DNA of 64,000 nt from positions 2,016,001 through 2,080,000 of the forward strand of contig OZ219791.1 in assembly GCA_964291215.2 (NCBI GenBank). The letters are read 5' to 3'. The notes beneath the pieces were generated by a model. That model saw only the letters and a list, made by a program, of their open reading frames with translations, had not been told where the DNA came from and made no database searches. Both the position numbers and the translations under genes were made by a program. The DNA comes from Alphaproteobacteria bacterium (GTDB taxonomy: Bacteria > Pseudomonadota > Alphaproteobacteria > MPNO01 > UBA830). Below, piece after piece: positions 1-12,900 of this stretch. Position 1 is the stretch's first letter; every line of letters starts with the position of its first letter.

Positions 1-2
1 GG

Positions 3-83
3 GAGGAGCACGGCGTCGAGCTTCCGCCGCCGGCCCGCCTCGATTACAGGCCGCTGTCGTACTCCGGAGCGAAGGAGGAATGA
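3..83 (+). CDS. C-terminal end of a probable antitoxin (FitA/VapB-like), runs off the window edge
   Basis: Open frame EEHGVELPPPARLDYRPLSYSGAKEE*; its TGA overlaps the ATG of the PIN toxin (ATGA at 80-83), typical toxin-antitoxin coupling. Confidence 0.55.
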   Translation, partial: EEHGVELPPPARLDYRPLSYSGAKEE

Positions 84-526
84 CGGTTCGGCTTGCATGG
101 CTGGTCGACGCGAATACGGTCTCCGAAATGATGCGGCCGCGGCCCGACCCGAAGGTCGCTTCCTTTCTCGATTCCGTCGCCGACGAGGGGCTGGGCATCG
201 CGTCCGTCACAGTCTGGGAGATTCTCAACGGCATCGGCTGGCTCGATTCCGGCCGGCGTCGCCGCGAACTCGCCGAACGGTTCCGCGACCTTCTCGACGA
301 CCTGTCCGAGGACCGGATCGTCGCGTGGTCTGCGGCGCAGGCCTGCGCGCGGATCATGGAGGACAAGCGCCGCCGGCGCGGCGAACCGCTGGACGACCAT
401 GTTCCGGACGCCTTCCTCGCCGCTGCGGCGGCCGTGCGCGGCCTTGTCATCGTGACCCGCAACCGGGCGGAATTCCGGAACACCGGCGTCGAAACCGTGG
501 ATCCCTGGACCGGGTGCCGGTCTTGA
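80..526 (+). CDS. vapC: PIN-domain VapC/FitB-like toxin
   Basis: 148 aa with WLVDANTVSE, TVWEI..G, PDAFLAAAA and IVTRN..EF...G....DPW PIN motifs. Confidence 0.9.
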   Translation: MTVRLAWLVDANTVSEMMRPRPDPKVASFLDSVADEGLGIASVTVWEILNGIGWLDSGRRRRELAERFRDLLDDLSEDRIVAWSAAQACARIMEDKRRRRGEPLDDHVPDAFLAAAAAVRGLVIVTRNRAEFRNTGVETVDPWTGCRS

Positions 527-604
527 GCTTCGCACTGGACGCCGGGTCCTGTTGTCGCTGCCGACGCCCCGACCCGCATATGCGAACCACATGAGATTCC
601 GCCC

Positions 605-924
605 ATGACCATGGACAGCCAATCCGCCCCCGATGCCGAACGCCGGGTTTCCGACGCCCTGGCGGAGATTGAGTAAATGAGCCAGCGCCAGACCGATGGC
701 AAATGGCTGGAATGTCTGACGCGCGACTGCGCGCCGCTGATCGCCGAGTGGGATATCAGCGACACCTGGCTCTGGCAGGATTGGCCCGACCGGGAGTCGC
801 CGGACATCGGGATCGATGTCGTCGCCAGACGGGCAAGCGACGGCAGGCTGATCGCCGTTCAGTGCAAGTCCAGGAAGCTGGACGAACATGGGCGCGGCAC
901 GGACATCGCAAAGAAGGAACTCGA
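605..924 (+). pseudogene. N-terminal Mrr-like nuclease stub of a type ISP-like restriction/helicase enzyme, truncated by IS66
   Basis: WLWQDWP...DIGIDVVA...IAVQCK motif; in-frame TAA at 674-676; frame cut by the IS66 end at 925. Confidence 0.65.
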
Positions 925-3900
925 GTATCTACTCACCCCTAGTTGGGTTCTGATTGGTCGTAGTGCTAGTTGATGATGTCTGCGGCTTTTCCGTCGAGGG
1001 CGATCTGGGTTGCGACGAGTGGGTTGTAGCCGAGTGCCGCCATGGAGGTGAGGTAGCTTGAGCCCCGGCACCATGCTTTTGCGTGGAGCGGAAGCATCCG
1101 GACACCTTGACCTTCTGTTCTCCGGCATTGTTGGTGAAGCTGACGTTGGGTGCGCCAGGCAAACTGGTGGAATGTGGCCGGGTGCAAGTCCCGAGAGAGG
1201 CTAATTTCTCCGTGAACCATGCGTCGCCAGGCGAAGCGTTGGGGAGCGGCAGGCTATTGAGCCACGAGATGCTTTGAAACCGGAGTGCCGAGGTCGTGGC
1301 CGAAGGCAACGAGCCGCGTTGGTGAGGCGAACGGGGGCTCCGCGGGGTCCGAGAACCAGGGCACGCGCCGAAGCAGGGACCTGGGAGGTCTTGCCCCTCT
1401 GTCGTGGAGGGGCCGCAGAGGAAAGGGACTAATCCGTAAACCGATGATGAACGAGAAGTCAGATTCGGCCATAGTACCGCTGAAGGCGGCGAACAAGGGT
1501 TCTTCGGAGCCTGCGGAGTTGTTGGAGGGAAGGGCAATGCGGTTGGCCCGCGCCGCGCGCAGAAGCGGGGGTCACAGGCGGCTGAACGCAGGTAGCGAAG
1601 AGGAACCCGGAAGAGCGTCTTTACTCCACCACGTGACGGTCGACGTTCTGCACGATGCGTTCCATTCCTTGAGGAAGGACGCGGCGGCGGGGCGTTGTGT
1701 GGCAAGCGTACGCGGAGGGTGTGGAACTGCCTGCACGCCCGTGTGCACAGGGGTGCGTACCGGGCGCCTCCAGGGTTTACATACCCAAGGAGGGGCAACG
1801 ACCGCTTGCCTCGGACAAGATTCTTCAGCGGGCGGTGTGATTCTGGTGCCGCGAGACGGAGTTCCTCGGGTGTAGTTACGGCTTCCGGCCGGGGCGCATC
1901 ATGCGCCGTCACGGTGGAACGGCGGAAGGTCAACTGGATCGTTGACGCCCCTTCGACAACCGCGACCATCTGGTCGCGATGCTCACGGATCGGGGGGTCT
2001 GATCATCAAGTGACGCCGGCGTCATGGAAGGGACCGACTGGCAAGGGAACACCGCAAGGGGCGGCGCCATGCCTTGCGAACCTGCACTACGTACGACTGG
2101 TTCCAGAACCACTGGCGCAAGCGGATGGCTGGAGGCGACACGATCATTATGCGGACGACTTCGTGTGCGGCTTTCAGCATCTGGGCGGCGCTGAGACCTT
2201 GGGGAGAGACTGGCCCACTTGAACTGCACCCGGAAAATCATCGAGTTCGGTCGGTTTGCCAGAGCGAACCGCCGGAAGCGTGGGCAAGACGTTCGACTTC
2301 CTCGGCATGACGCACTTCTGCGAACAGACGAGGAAAGGCAGGTTCAGGGTCGGTCCATCTCGCAAACGGGCACCCTGCGGCGGATCAAGGAGGCCTTGCG
2401 CATGCGGTGGCACGATAACCGGCACGAAACGGCCAAGTGGTGAGTTATCAACGGCTGCTACTACGCCGTTCCAGGAAGCAGCCTGCAGAAGTTCATACAC
2501 CAATGCAAACAGCTGCGTGCCCTTCGGCGACGCTCCCAAAAGGACTTCACCGGGGACATAGACACCCTCACCGCTGCCCACTGAGCCAGCATCCGCCACC
2601 CGTGGCCAAACCAGCGCCTTGTCGTCAGGGGAGGAGCGAACAGCGCACGTCCGGTTCTGTGCGGGGGGCAACCCGGTTCCCTACCGCGATGGTCGTCTGT
2701 GAAGTGCAGGTTTTCGTGTTTCACGAGACGTTCGTGCAGGTTGTGCGCGTCGGACTTGCGTCCATGTTTTCCTTTCGGCGGCGGCGGGATGTCGGGCAGT
2801 TCCCTGGTGCCCTGATGGTGCGGTAGCGCTTGTGCACGGCCCGGCGGTCAGCCTCGTTCAGGGTTTTTGGATGCGCTCTTGTTGACCTTGTGGCAGGGAG
2901 CAGGCTCTTCATCAGTCGCGCGGTAGCCTCGACGACAAAGGTCAGTTCGCGCAGCAGGTGGCTACCACACAACTGGTGGCTACACTGGCCCATGTACGAG
3001 GCCCAGGACGCCCTTGTAACACGGGCCGATCTCTTGCTTGCGGTGCGGGAACTTGCACGTCAGGGTCCCACGACATGGAGCCACTTGCTGTTGATCCGAA
3101 ATCGTCGACATCGGGCGTTGCAGGAGGTGCGCCACGGCGGCCTCCTCCCATGACGCATCGTGAAAGCATAGCTGAGGCCTCGGAGAGCTTGATGCCGGAG
3201 ATCGCCTGCACGAACGCGACGGCGCAGGGACAGCATCTGGGCGACCAGCAGGTTGATGACGAGGGCCTGAATGCCGATGCCGTACTGCACGGGATGTTGT
3301 CGGGGAACCGGCCCTTGCACTTCGGGCATTCCTTGATCTCGGCGCGGCGCTCGACGACCTCGAACACGATGTCGTGCGGCGCTCCCGATCGACGGGGCCG
3401 TCGATGTCAGCGCCGCAGGCGTCGCAGGCCGCGACCGTCTCCTCGACGATGGTCTTGCGCAGGTTGTCGCCCATCTGCCGGTTCGGCTTCGGGCCGTTGC
3501 TCCCGGCACGCTCTTGTCCGTCTGTGACGGCGGCAGACCGGAGTTCCGGCTCGTGCGTAGTCTTCTCCAGAAGGACGACGATGAGGATGTCGAGCAGGAT
3601 GACGAAGACGCGGATCACGGCCTCTTCCGCCACCTTGCCGGCAGCGCCGCGGTCTTGGCCGCTTCGAACTCCTCGCGCGCCGCCCGTCGCCATCACCCGG
3701 CCTTGCGCTTCATCAGCGCGCCGCCTCCGAGATGCGTTTCCACATACAGATCATGCGGGGGCTGGAGCCCCGGAAGCAGCTGGCACAGCCCGCTCGTCGC
3801 CTTCGATCCAAAGTAGCCCACTGGCGGTCCCCTCGATGACCACCACTAAACGAATCGGCCTGCAGTGTCAAATCTCCACGTAAACCCGTTCGTTACTCTA

Positions 3901-3938
3901 CCCCGACATCAAGCCGGAACCAGGGGGTGAGCAGTTAC
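925..3938 (-). mobile_element. Degenerate IS66-family element (copy A) carrying a group II intron
   Basis: Terminal IRs GTATCTACTCACCCC (925) and GGGGTGAGCAGTTAC (to 3938); fragments CDACGAD, ECPKC, HQLCGSHLLREL, FTNNAGEQ; near-identical to 53968-55529. Confidence 0.85.
1150..2690 (+). mobile_element. Degenerate group II intron with frameshifted RT/maturase
   Basis: 5' GTGCG; 3' domain V/VI-like sequence CACGTCCGGTTCTGTGCGGGGG...CCCTACCGCGAT; RT fragments GTPQG, LANLHY, YADDFVCGF, FDFLG; removing it restores the uninterrupted IS66 sequence of copy B. Confidence 0.88.
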
Positions 3939-3939
3939 A

Positions 3940-4605
3940 TTTTTTCGAGCTTGCCGATATTGCGGCCAGCAAGGGGCGCGGCAGGAACGCGCCGCCGATC
4001 TCGCCGCTGGCGATGGAGGCGGTGAAGCGGATCGACGTACTGTTCGGCATCGGGCGCTCCATCAAGGGCGAGACCGCTGCGCGGCGCCACGCCGTCCGCC
4101 AGGAACTGAGCGCGCCGGTGGTGGCCGAACTCAAGATCTGGATGAAGGCCGAACGCGCAAAGCTCTCCCGCCATGCCCCCGTCGCCAAGGCCATGGACTA
4201 CATGCTCAAACGATGGGACCGCTTCGCCCGGTTCCTCGACGACGGACGCATCTGCCTGTCAAACAATGCCGCTGAAAGGGCGCTCAGAGGTATTGCCCTC
4301 GGCCGCAAGTCGTGGCTGTTCGCAGGCTCCGATCGTGGCGGCAGGCGCGCCGCCGCCATGTACACCCTCATCGGCACCGCAAAGCTCAACAATATCGATC
4401 CCCAGGCCTGGCTCGCCGACATGCTCAAGCGCATTGCCGGCACCCCGCAGAACCGCCTCGGCGAACTTCTTCCCTGGAACTGGCAGGACAGCCGGCGGCA
4501 CGACCAAGCCGCATAACCAAAGACCCCGCCCGACGGTCCCCGATCAACTCCACGCCCGCCACAAACTCAGACCTCGATACCCTGCGGTCTTCGGCGGATG
4601 CTTAC
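3940..4605 (+). mobile_element. tnpC: 3' part of a second IS66 type (tnpC C-terminus, 4013-4516) with right IR
   Basis: AKAMDYMLKRW, SNNAAERALR, GRKSWLFAGS, LLPWNW; ends in GGATGCTTAC. Confidence 0.88.
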
Positions 4606-5204
4606 CGTTTAGCGAACGCAAGACCGGATATTCGGCTACCATCCGCCTGTCCGATCTTGGGTTCGTATCCGTCACCGAACATGCGGTTGGCACGAAGCAC
4701 GGCGTCACGCTCGTCAGGTCGTCCGGACGCCATGACGGAACGGACCACCGCGCGCTCGGTGGATGGATGAACCACAGCGGGTTCTTTGTGCAAGACGAGC
4801 GGTCCACCGTCGATGGCATACGGTTAGATGTCCGAAATGGCATCGCCGGTGGCGATCTAACGGGGGCGCGACCGCTCGGAAGCGCGACATGGCAGGGTTT
4901 GATGGTCGGCACCCCGGCCACGGGCGGTGGCGACAGGCTTCAGGGCGATGCGAGCCTGACGTACGACATGAGCTTCCGAACGCTGGATGCCGCGTTCACG
5001 AACATCCAGAACATCGACCGGCTCCGCGCTCACTCTGTCTCTACCGTTCGCTTCGCCAGTGTCTCTGTAGGCGCGGACGAGACGTTCCGAGCCGGTGCCA
5101 CGGGCAACCACATTCAGGGCGGCTTCTACGGTTCCGGCCATGCCGAGGCAACGGGCGTCTTCGAGCAGCAGAACATCGTCGGAGCCTTCGGCGCTCGGCA
5201 GTAG
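4606..5204 (+). pseudogene. C-terminal beta-barrel of a TbpB-like surface lipoprotein, 5' part lost at IS66
   Basis: GSATWQG.MVG, IQGGFYGSGHAEATGVFEQQNIVGAFGARQ; frame begins abruptly at the IS66 end. Confidence 0.75.
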
Positions 5205-5465
5205 CCGGGCCTGGGCCTGGCGGTCATGATGGCCATGGCGCTTGCCCGGGCGCTCGCCTGCCGCGTCAGGCAGATGAGGTCCTTCGTCGGCGCCGTGCCT
5301 TACCGCGACACAAGCTGAACCCTCTTCTGTCTCCGAAATCGTCAATCGGACCGCCGGGCCTGCCGCCGGCACAGGCGAGACGGTGACTGTCGTCACGCAA
5401 TGTTCCTTATCGTTCTGGTTGTATCGCGGAAATCAACACCATTGCAGCCTCCAAAGCCCGAATAA

Positions 5466-6518
<1,053 letters not shown>

Positions 6519-6580
6519 CAAGATCCACGCCTCGCCAAAAATCCACCGACCGACAGCACCTCACGCCACGACCAAACAAA

Positions 6581-7306
6581 ATGACCATGTTTACCGGACT
6601 TGACGAGGCGGTTGTAGTTGATGTTGAAACAACGGGCCTTGATCCGAAGACAGACAGAATTGTTTCTGTTGCACTAATCCACGCAAATTTTAGAAATCTA
6701 AGAGAAAATCTCAACAGCTTAAGTGGCAAGACCATGGACGTTGTTATCAACCCACAACGTCGAATCCCTAAGGAATCCTCTCGCATACACGGAATCACAG
6801 ATAAAGACGTGGCCGATAAAGGGTCGTTTTCGGAGATTGCGCAGGAATTGCGGGATTTCATTGGAGACCTCCCCATAGTTGCCCACAATGTGTCGTTTGA
6901 CAAAAAATTCCTCAATCAGGAGTTAAAGAGAGCGGGCATAAAGACAGTGGCCCGGAATAAGAGCTATTGTACGATGCGGAGATTTCGAGAATTCAACCAT
7001 GGTCAGATCAAAGGGAGTAATCTAGATGATGTTGTGGAAGTTATGGGAGTAGAGGGGCGAAAAGGGGAAATACATGATGCCATCGAAGATGCGACGTTGG
7101 CATGGCAAGTGGCGGCACTATTTTATATGTTGGATAATCGTATAGAGATTCCGGCAGGAAAACCGGCTGCTCCATTGCGGAGTGGAAAATTAGAGAATGA
7201 TAGAATATCCAAGTATCAATCTGGAGAATCCAAGTCGAGTGTAGGGACTATTGTAGGCGCATTTGTCGTAGCTGTAATTATCGTAGCTGTGCTGTTGGCG
7301 TGGTAG
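6581..7306 (+). CDS. DEDDh 3'-5' exonuclease with C-terminal transmembrane anchor
   Basis: VVDVETTG, HNVSFD, HDAIEDA; ends VGTIVGAFVVAVIIVAVLLAW; AT-rich. Confidence 0.88.
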   Translation: MTMFTGLDEAVVVDVETTGLDPKTDRIVSVALIHANFRNLRENLNSLSGKTMDVVINPQRRIPKESSRIHGITDKDVADKGSFSEIAQELRDFIGDLPIVAHNVSFDKKFLNQELKRAGIKTVARNKSYCTMRRFREFNHGQIKGSNLDDVVEVMGVEGRKGEIHDAIEDATLAWQVAALFYMLDNRIEIPAGKPAAPLRSGKLENDRISKYQSGESKSSVGTIVGAFVVAVIIVAVLLAW

Positions 7307-7339
7307 CTTCTCCAAGAGGTTGGTGAGCGCGGGCGATTT

Positions 7340-7515
7340 TTTATTTGCGGCCATCGCCGCGGCGATAACAGCGCCGACCCTCTCCGCCGCCTCGACGAGA
7401 TGGGTATCGGCGAGGTGGGCGTAACCTGCCGTCGTGCGATGCCGCCGGTGGCCGAAAAGCTTTCCCACGAGCGGCAGGTTTTCGCCCGCCATGATGGCGT
7501 GACTCGCCGGGTGTT
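7340..7515 (-). pseudogene. Tyrosine recombinase/integrase C-terminal remnant
   Basis: H.ASHAIMAGENLPLVGKLFGH....TTAGYAHL (box II His and catalytic Tyr). Confidence 0.8.
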
Positions 7516-7883
7516 CCCGGCCTCGGAGTGGAATATCGAGATGTTCCGGCGGCCGCCGCTGGAGCCGACCCGCGCCTGCCGGCGCCGGAAGGGAGCGCTG
7601 CTCGGCCACCTGGCAACCGGGTTCGCGATCCGGAAGGGCATCGCCTATGAGCGCCACGCCGATCTGGAGGCGCCGGGCGGCAGCTTCCAGCGCCGGGGCA
7701 TGGATATCACGGTCAGGGCAGCCGGGGGCAGGGGTTCCGCCTGCTCGCGGTGCATCTGAAGAGCGGCTGCTGGGGCGCGAAGCAGGACGGGGCAAACAGC
7801 AAACAGAAGACCTGCGGGACGCTCCGGCCCAGAACGCAGGGCTCGGGGCCCGGGTCGACAGGCGTTTGGCCGAATCCGCTCCC

Positions 7884-8150
7884 TTCGTCAACCTGGGGGA
7901 CTTCCACCGCCGTCTGGTGCTGCCGGGAGACTGGGCCTGGGCGGCGCTGTCGCCGCCCTCGTCCCCGCTGCTGCTGCTGACGTAGGGCAAGCCCTTCGCC
8001 TGCGGCCGCTACCGGGCCTATATCGACCACTTGGTCGCCGGCGGCGGCGCCCAAGCGCTGCTGGTCGGGGGCTCGTTCCGCCAATGGCCGCACCTGGGGC
8101 CTCATCCCGACCACTGCGCCGTATCGGCGATCTTCCGGGCTGGCCGGTAG
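7884..8150 (+). pseudogene. Endonuclease/exonuclease/phosphatase-family C-terminal remnant
   Basis: LGDF, YIDHL, DHCAV motifs in one frame with an internal TAG at 7983-7985. Confidence 0.55.
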
Positions 8151-8248
8151 GCTGGTCCGCGAAAATATCCCGGGAAGCACGAGTGCAGGACCGGCTGCCG
8201 TTCGTAGCGGTGTCCGGCGGGTAGGGCCGGAACGCTCAGGCCCTTACA

Positions 8249-9796
8249 CTACGTGTAGCCGGCCGCTTTGCGCCAGGATTCGCAATTGCCGATGTAGGCA
8301 CCGAACATCCGGCGCCCGTTGAAAAGCACCGCGTTGTTCGGTCTCCAACCGCAAAGCAGAAGCTCCGAAGCACCGTAGATGAACTGTAGAGTTTTCGCGA
8401 AGAAACACACCGCGTCAAGGTCGGCGTAGTCGATGCCGGCGGGTCCCGTCCTGTTTGATCCATGCGTATGGTAGTTGCGGCACCTGACGGCATGGGCGAC
8501 ATCGCTCTTCAAGTGCTTGAGGGCCTCCTCTTCGAAATGTTCGAGGACAATGTCCGCACGGGCTTCCACACACTGGCGAAGCGGGCCGTTCCTGCTGATT
8601 CGCGCCAGCGCGTTCACAACGGCCTCCCGCTGTTCGCTGTGGGGACAAGCTTTCGCCTTTGATAGGGCGTCCTCGACAATGTTCAGAAGAGCTTCTGGCA
8701 GCGGCTGCCGCGGCGGCTTGTCGACCTCGGGCAGCAAATCGAAAGCATTCGCGGCCGTTACGATTTCAGCTTCGAGAGCGATGTTGCTGGGGGTTCCCGG
8801 CAAACAGCCGAAGAACTGATCGTTGGCTCTCTTCCGGGCCGGATCGGCATCCCGCTCCAGCCACTGCTGCATCACCGAGATGAAGCGGTCCGGATACCGG
8901 GCGGCATCGATCGCGCCAGCGTTCATCCTGGTATATCCGCTTTTCTCGGGATCCCACCCGGTTTTGCTTTCGTTCGGACCGAAGACCAGGAGTTCGCAAA
9001 CAGCCTGCAGTTCGTCTTCCGGGTCCGACATGACGAAGACCTTCACGTCCCGCCAGCGCGGCGCATATCCCATCATCCACGCAAAGAAGTGGCGGACCCG
9101 CCGCATTTTTTTCCATGCTTCGCCGATCGTGACCGGCGTCTCGCCGAATGCGATCGAAATACGTGGCTCTTCTACGTTAGAAGGCGAAATTCCGTCCGAT
9201 TTCACGGACCCGACGATGCTCACGGTACCCAGAACGGTTTCGAATTCCGGCAGGTAGCGCCATTCGCCCGTGAAATAAGCCACCATCGCCTGGCCTTTCG
9301 TCAATTCGCGTTTCTGGTATTCCGGCTTCGTCCTGTTGATGGCATCGAGGACGGACTGGTCCGGGTTACGAAGACGGACGAAGTGCCCGGCAGCATTGTT
9401 CGGGAACACGGATCCGGCCGCTCCCTCCAGCGTGAATTCGATCTCCCTGATGGAGGCATCGTCCGCGGCAAGGCGCCTGGGCCCGAAAAGGGCGTACCTG
9501 AACGGGATGTCGCCATATTGTATCCGACGGAAGTCGAATATCTGGTTCGGGGGACCTCCACGGATGCAGTCGATCAGCGAAACGTCCCCGGCCGGCGAGA
9601 AGCCGAACATTGACTCGTCGCTCTCCACCCTGACCCCCCCCCCATCGTCGACGACGCCGAGAACTATATTCCGGAAGTAGTCATCGCGAACGGGATTCAG
9701 TGTCAGGTAACCGAAAACCCGGCTGTTTCTCCCAGATTTGACCTTGTCGAACAGCACCCCGATGGGCCGCTGGAATTTGGCATCGCTGTGGTTCAT
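8249..9796 (-). CDS. ApeA-like HEPN-domain protein, putative anti-phage RNase
   Basis: 515 aa, GAGGAG RBS, C-terminal helical region with RNYHTH (RxxxxH); size and layout match ApeA-type proteins. Confidence 0.7.
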   Translation of the reverse strand: MNHSDAKFQRPIGVLFDKVKSGRNSRVFGYLTLNPVRDDYFRNIVLGVVDDGGGVRVESDESMFGFSPAGDVSLIDCIRGGPPNQIFDFRRIQYGDIPFRYALFGPRRLAADDASIREIEFTLEGAAGSVFPNNAAGHFVRLRNPDQSVLDAINRTKPEYQKRELTKGQAMVAYFTGEWRYLPEFETVLGTVSIVGSVKSDGISPSNVEEPRISIAFGETPVTIGEAWKKMRRVRHFFAWMMGYAPRWRDVKVFVMSDPEDELQAVCELLVFGPNESKTGWDPEKSGYTRMNAGAIDAARYPDRFISVMQQWLERDADPARKRANDQFFGCLPGTPSNIALEAEIVTAANAFDLLPEVDKPPRQPLPEALLNIVEDALSKAKACPHSEQREAVVNALARISRNGPLRQCVEARADIVLEHFEEEALKHLKSDVAHAVRCRNYHTHGSNRTGPAGIDYADLDAVCFFAKTLQFIYGASELLLCGWRPNNAVLFNGRRMFGAYIGNCESWRKAAGYT

Positions 9797-9905
9797 TGGG
9801 CGTCTTTCTCCTCGCAGATGCAAGCTGCCACGAATTTCTCCCTCGCCGGGACCCGATCACAGATATATGGGGAAAGCGAGCCGGAACGGCAGATGTTTTT
9901 GATTT

Positions 9906-12900
9906 GGTACTGTAACTTGATGTCTGGAAATTTGTCTGAGGTTTGCGCTTTGAGGCGTTTCACTGGGGGGGGGGGGGGGCTAGCCCTCGCATGTCACGGA
10001 AATTTTAGCTGGACAACGGTGTTTCGGCGTGGCATAAGTGTCCCATGTCACAGATCAGCCGCACATTGCGGGACGAGGCAGCAGTTGCGCGGATCGCGTC
10101 GCTGCTGTCCTGTGAGCAGTTCGACAGCCGGTCGGCTCTGGGTCGTCTGCGAGGAGTTTGCCTTTGTCGACGCGCGCGGCCGTCTGCAGCTTGCCGGCTG
10201 CCTGAGGGCGCTGGGCGCCCGGAGATCGTCCTGCCGGCGCCGAAGTCACCGACAATCGACCGCCGGCCTCGCCTGTTGGTATCGCTGCAGAGGTTCCGGC
10301 GCGCGCATTCGGGATCATCGTGGTCGGGGATCGTATTGACCGGGCGGTCACGCTGATTGCGCGTGAACACCCGCGACGACCTTCGCCGGCTGCCAATATC
10401 TCGTGGGCTCGGCGCACGGGTGGCGGGGTTTGCCGCCGCCGCGCGGCGCGGGACCGCTGGATGGAACGACGGGCAGCGCCGGGGCCACCTGCAGCGGATC
10501 GTCTGTCTGAGCCGTTTCTTGATCAGGTGCTCTGCCCGCCCAGCCATGTGCGCATCCTGCGCCGCGTGACTTCGAGGACCGTTTCGACCATGGCTCAGTT
10601 TTGCCGATGAAGGTTACCCTGCCTGCGCGCGGCCAACTTCCTGTGCAGGACCGAAGGCCGGCAGGATCGGGAGCACTGGGAGACGGTGAAGACGGTCTTC
10701 GTGGCCGAACTGGAGCGCGCAGGAAGCTGGGGAGGTCGATCATGCGCCCTCGCCGGGCGAAGGTCTGAACGACTGGGCGCAGAACGAGTTTGGAGGGGGG
10801 TGACAAGCGACTTTCTGCGCGCCTGGAGCGCCGGCCTTCTGGCGGCCGGTCAGAAGATCAATGCGTCTCCCAGCGCCGACAACACCGCGATCAATGCGTT
10901 TTACCGGATGGTCGCCCTCGGAGATCACGCCGGCGAACATTCTTGCGCCGCACCGGCAGCATCCGTGGCCAGAAGACGGTTCTTGCGGCACGGACCTGAA
11001 CTTCTCCCGGCCTGCAGGTGAGAACCAGACCGGGGCCTCAAGCCTGCACGCGACCCTGGCGGTGACTGACCTGCCACTCGGGGTGCTGGGTCCGGTGAAG
11101 CCCCGGTCGCAGGAGACACGCCGCAGCTCGAGGGGTTCAAGGCGCTGCCACCCCGGCGGCAAGACGCGCGTCATCTCCGTCGGGAAGCCGACATCTTCGA
11201 GCTGTTCGACACGCGCTTGCCCCGCGTCGATCTGCGCGCCAAGCATGACAGGGTGCTGAAGGAGGGAAGGCTGTTCGCCGTCATGGCCGGCGGCCTGATT
11301 GAGATCGAGGGACTGACGGAGCAAGCCAGCCGGAAGAAGGCCCGCGCGACAGAAGCGCCTGGCGAGTTACGGTCCGTCACCCGTGACGGGCACCGCCCCC
11401 AGCGCGAAGCCGGTGTCCCTGCACGGGGTCAGGGAGCGCCCGAGGGTGAGGATCCCGTGGTGCCTGCTGACCACCGTGCGGGTTGGCACTGCGAAGGAGG
11501 CGGCCGACATCGTCGGCTTCTACCTTCAGCGCTGGCGAATCGAGGATTACGTGCTCAAATCCGGATGCAGGGTGGAACACCTGCTGTTCCGCACCGCCTG
11601 CAGCGGGCGATCAACGCCGTCATCGCATGGCGCATCATGGTCATGACCCTGCTCGGCCGCCAGGTGCGAGCCGCAGCTGATGTTCACCGACAGCGAACTC
11701 GCGCGACTACGCACACAAGTACGCCCTGAAGGAACCGGAGCGTCTCGCCGATGCGGTGCACCTGGTCGCCCATCTCGGCGGCTACCGCAGCACGCCCGGG
11801 TCACCAGATCATGTGGCCAGACACACCAGCGCCGCACTGGGTCACCAAATCGGCCGGGAAATCGGGTTCCGGGATGGACAAAGACACGCGTGAACACGTA
11901 AACCATTGTCAACCAGATTTGTCATGACACGGCAGGGCTAGCCCCCCAGTGAAACGCGGCACCATCGTACTATCCCATGGAGTTGGAAAACATTCATGGA
12001 GGAAGCGAATGGACCTGCGACACACTACGACGATCGGGACTGTTTTGGAACATCTGATCGCAAACGGAGCAACGGATCTGGGGCGGGTCTTTGGCCAGCT
12101 CTTCGAGCTTGCGATGCAAATCGAGCGCGAGCAGTACTTGAAAGCGGGCCACCGGAGCGACAGGGCTATGCCAACGGCTACAAACGGATCGACACCCCCA
12201 CTGTTACCGTTCAGGTGCCAAACGGTCACGGGGACGACCCCCCCCCCCCCCCAGTCGCTTGAACGCGGCCAGCGATCTTCTCGCGCCGTAGCCGAGATGT
12301 ACATCAAGGGTGTTTCCACACGGCAGGATGTAATGCGCGAGTTCGGGAGCCTGTCCTCTTCTCAGGTCAGCCGGGCCACCAAGTTGCTCGACGAAGAACT
12401 CGCCGCGCAACCGGCCCCTGATGAAATACCTGGATGCGCGCCATGAAAAAGCCCGCCATGACGGCGTTGTGCGCGATGTCGCAGTGCTCTCGGCCATCGG
12501 AATAGGGGCTGCAGGCACGTTCCGGGGCTCTCTGTGGCGCTCTCCGAGGCCGAGGTCCATTGGAGAGCCTTCCTGGAAAGCTTGCTAGCCCTGCATGGTA
12601 CGACCTTCATCGTCTCGGATGCCGGGCTGAAAGCGGCACGGTGCTGGGCGCGGCGACATGGCAGCGCTGCCAGTTCCACCTGGCACAAAACGCCGTGCAC
12701 CGAACAACGACATCAGGAAACGTATTGGAAAACAGCTCGGAGCCACGCCTCCTCACTCCAAACCGCCGAGGCTGAACTGGCCGCCCTCGTGGCCAGCGAC
12801 AAGCATCCAGGCTTCCTGGCTGGAAAACAATGCGGGGCTCGCTGTCTTCACCTTGCCCGATGCTCACCGCAAGCGTATGCGAACCTCGAACGGCATCGAG

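Noticed and set aside
1695-2561. RT as a retron, DGR or CRISPR-associated RT
   Set aside because: It lies within clear group II intron boundaries, is frameshifted and is about 45 kb from the cas genes.
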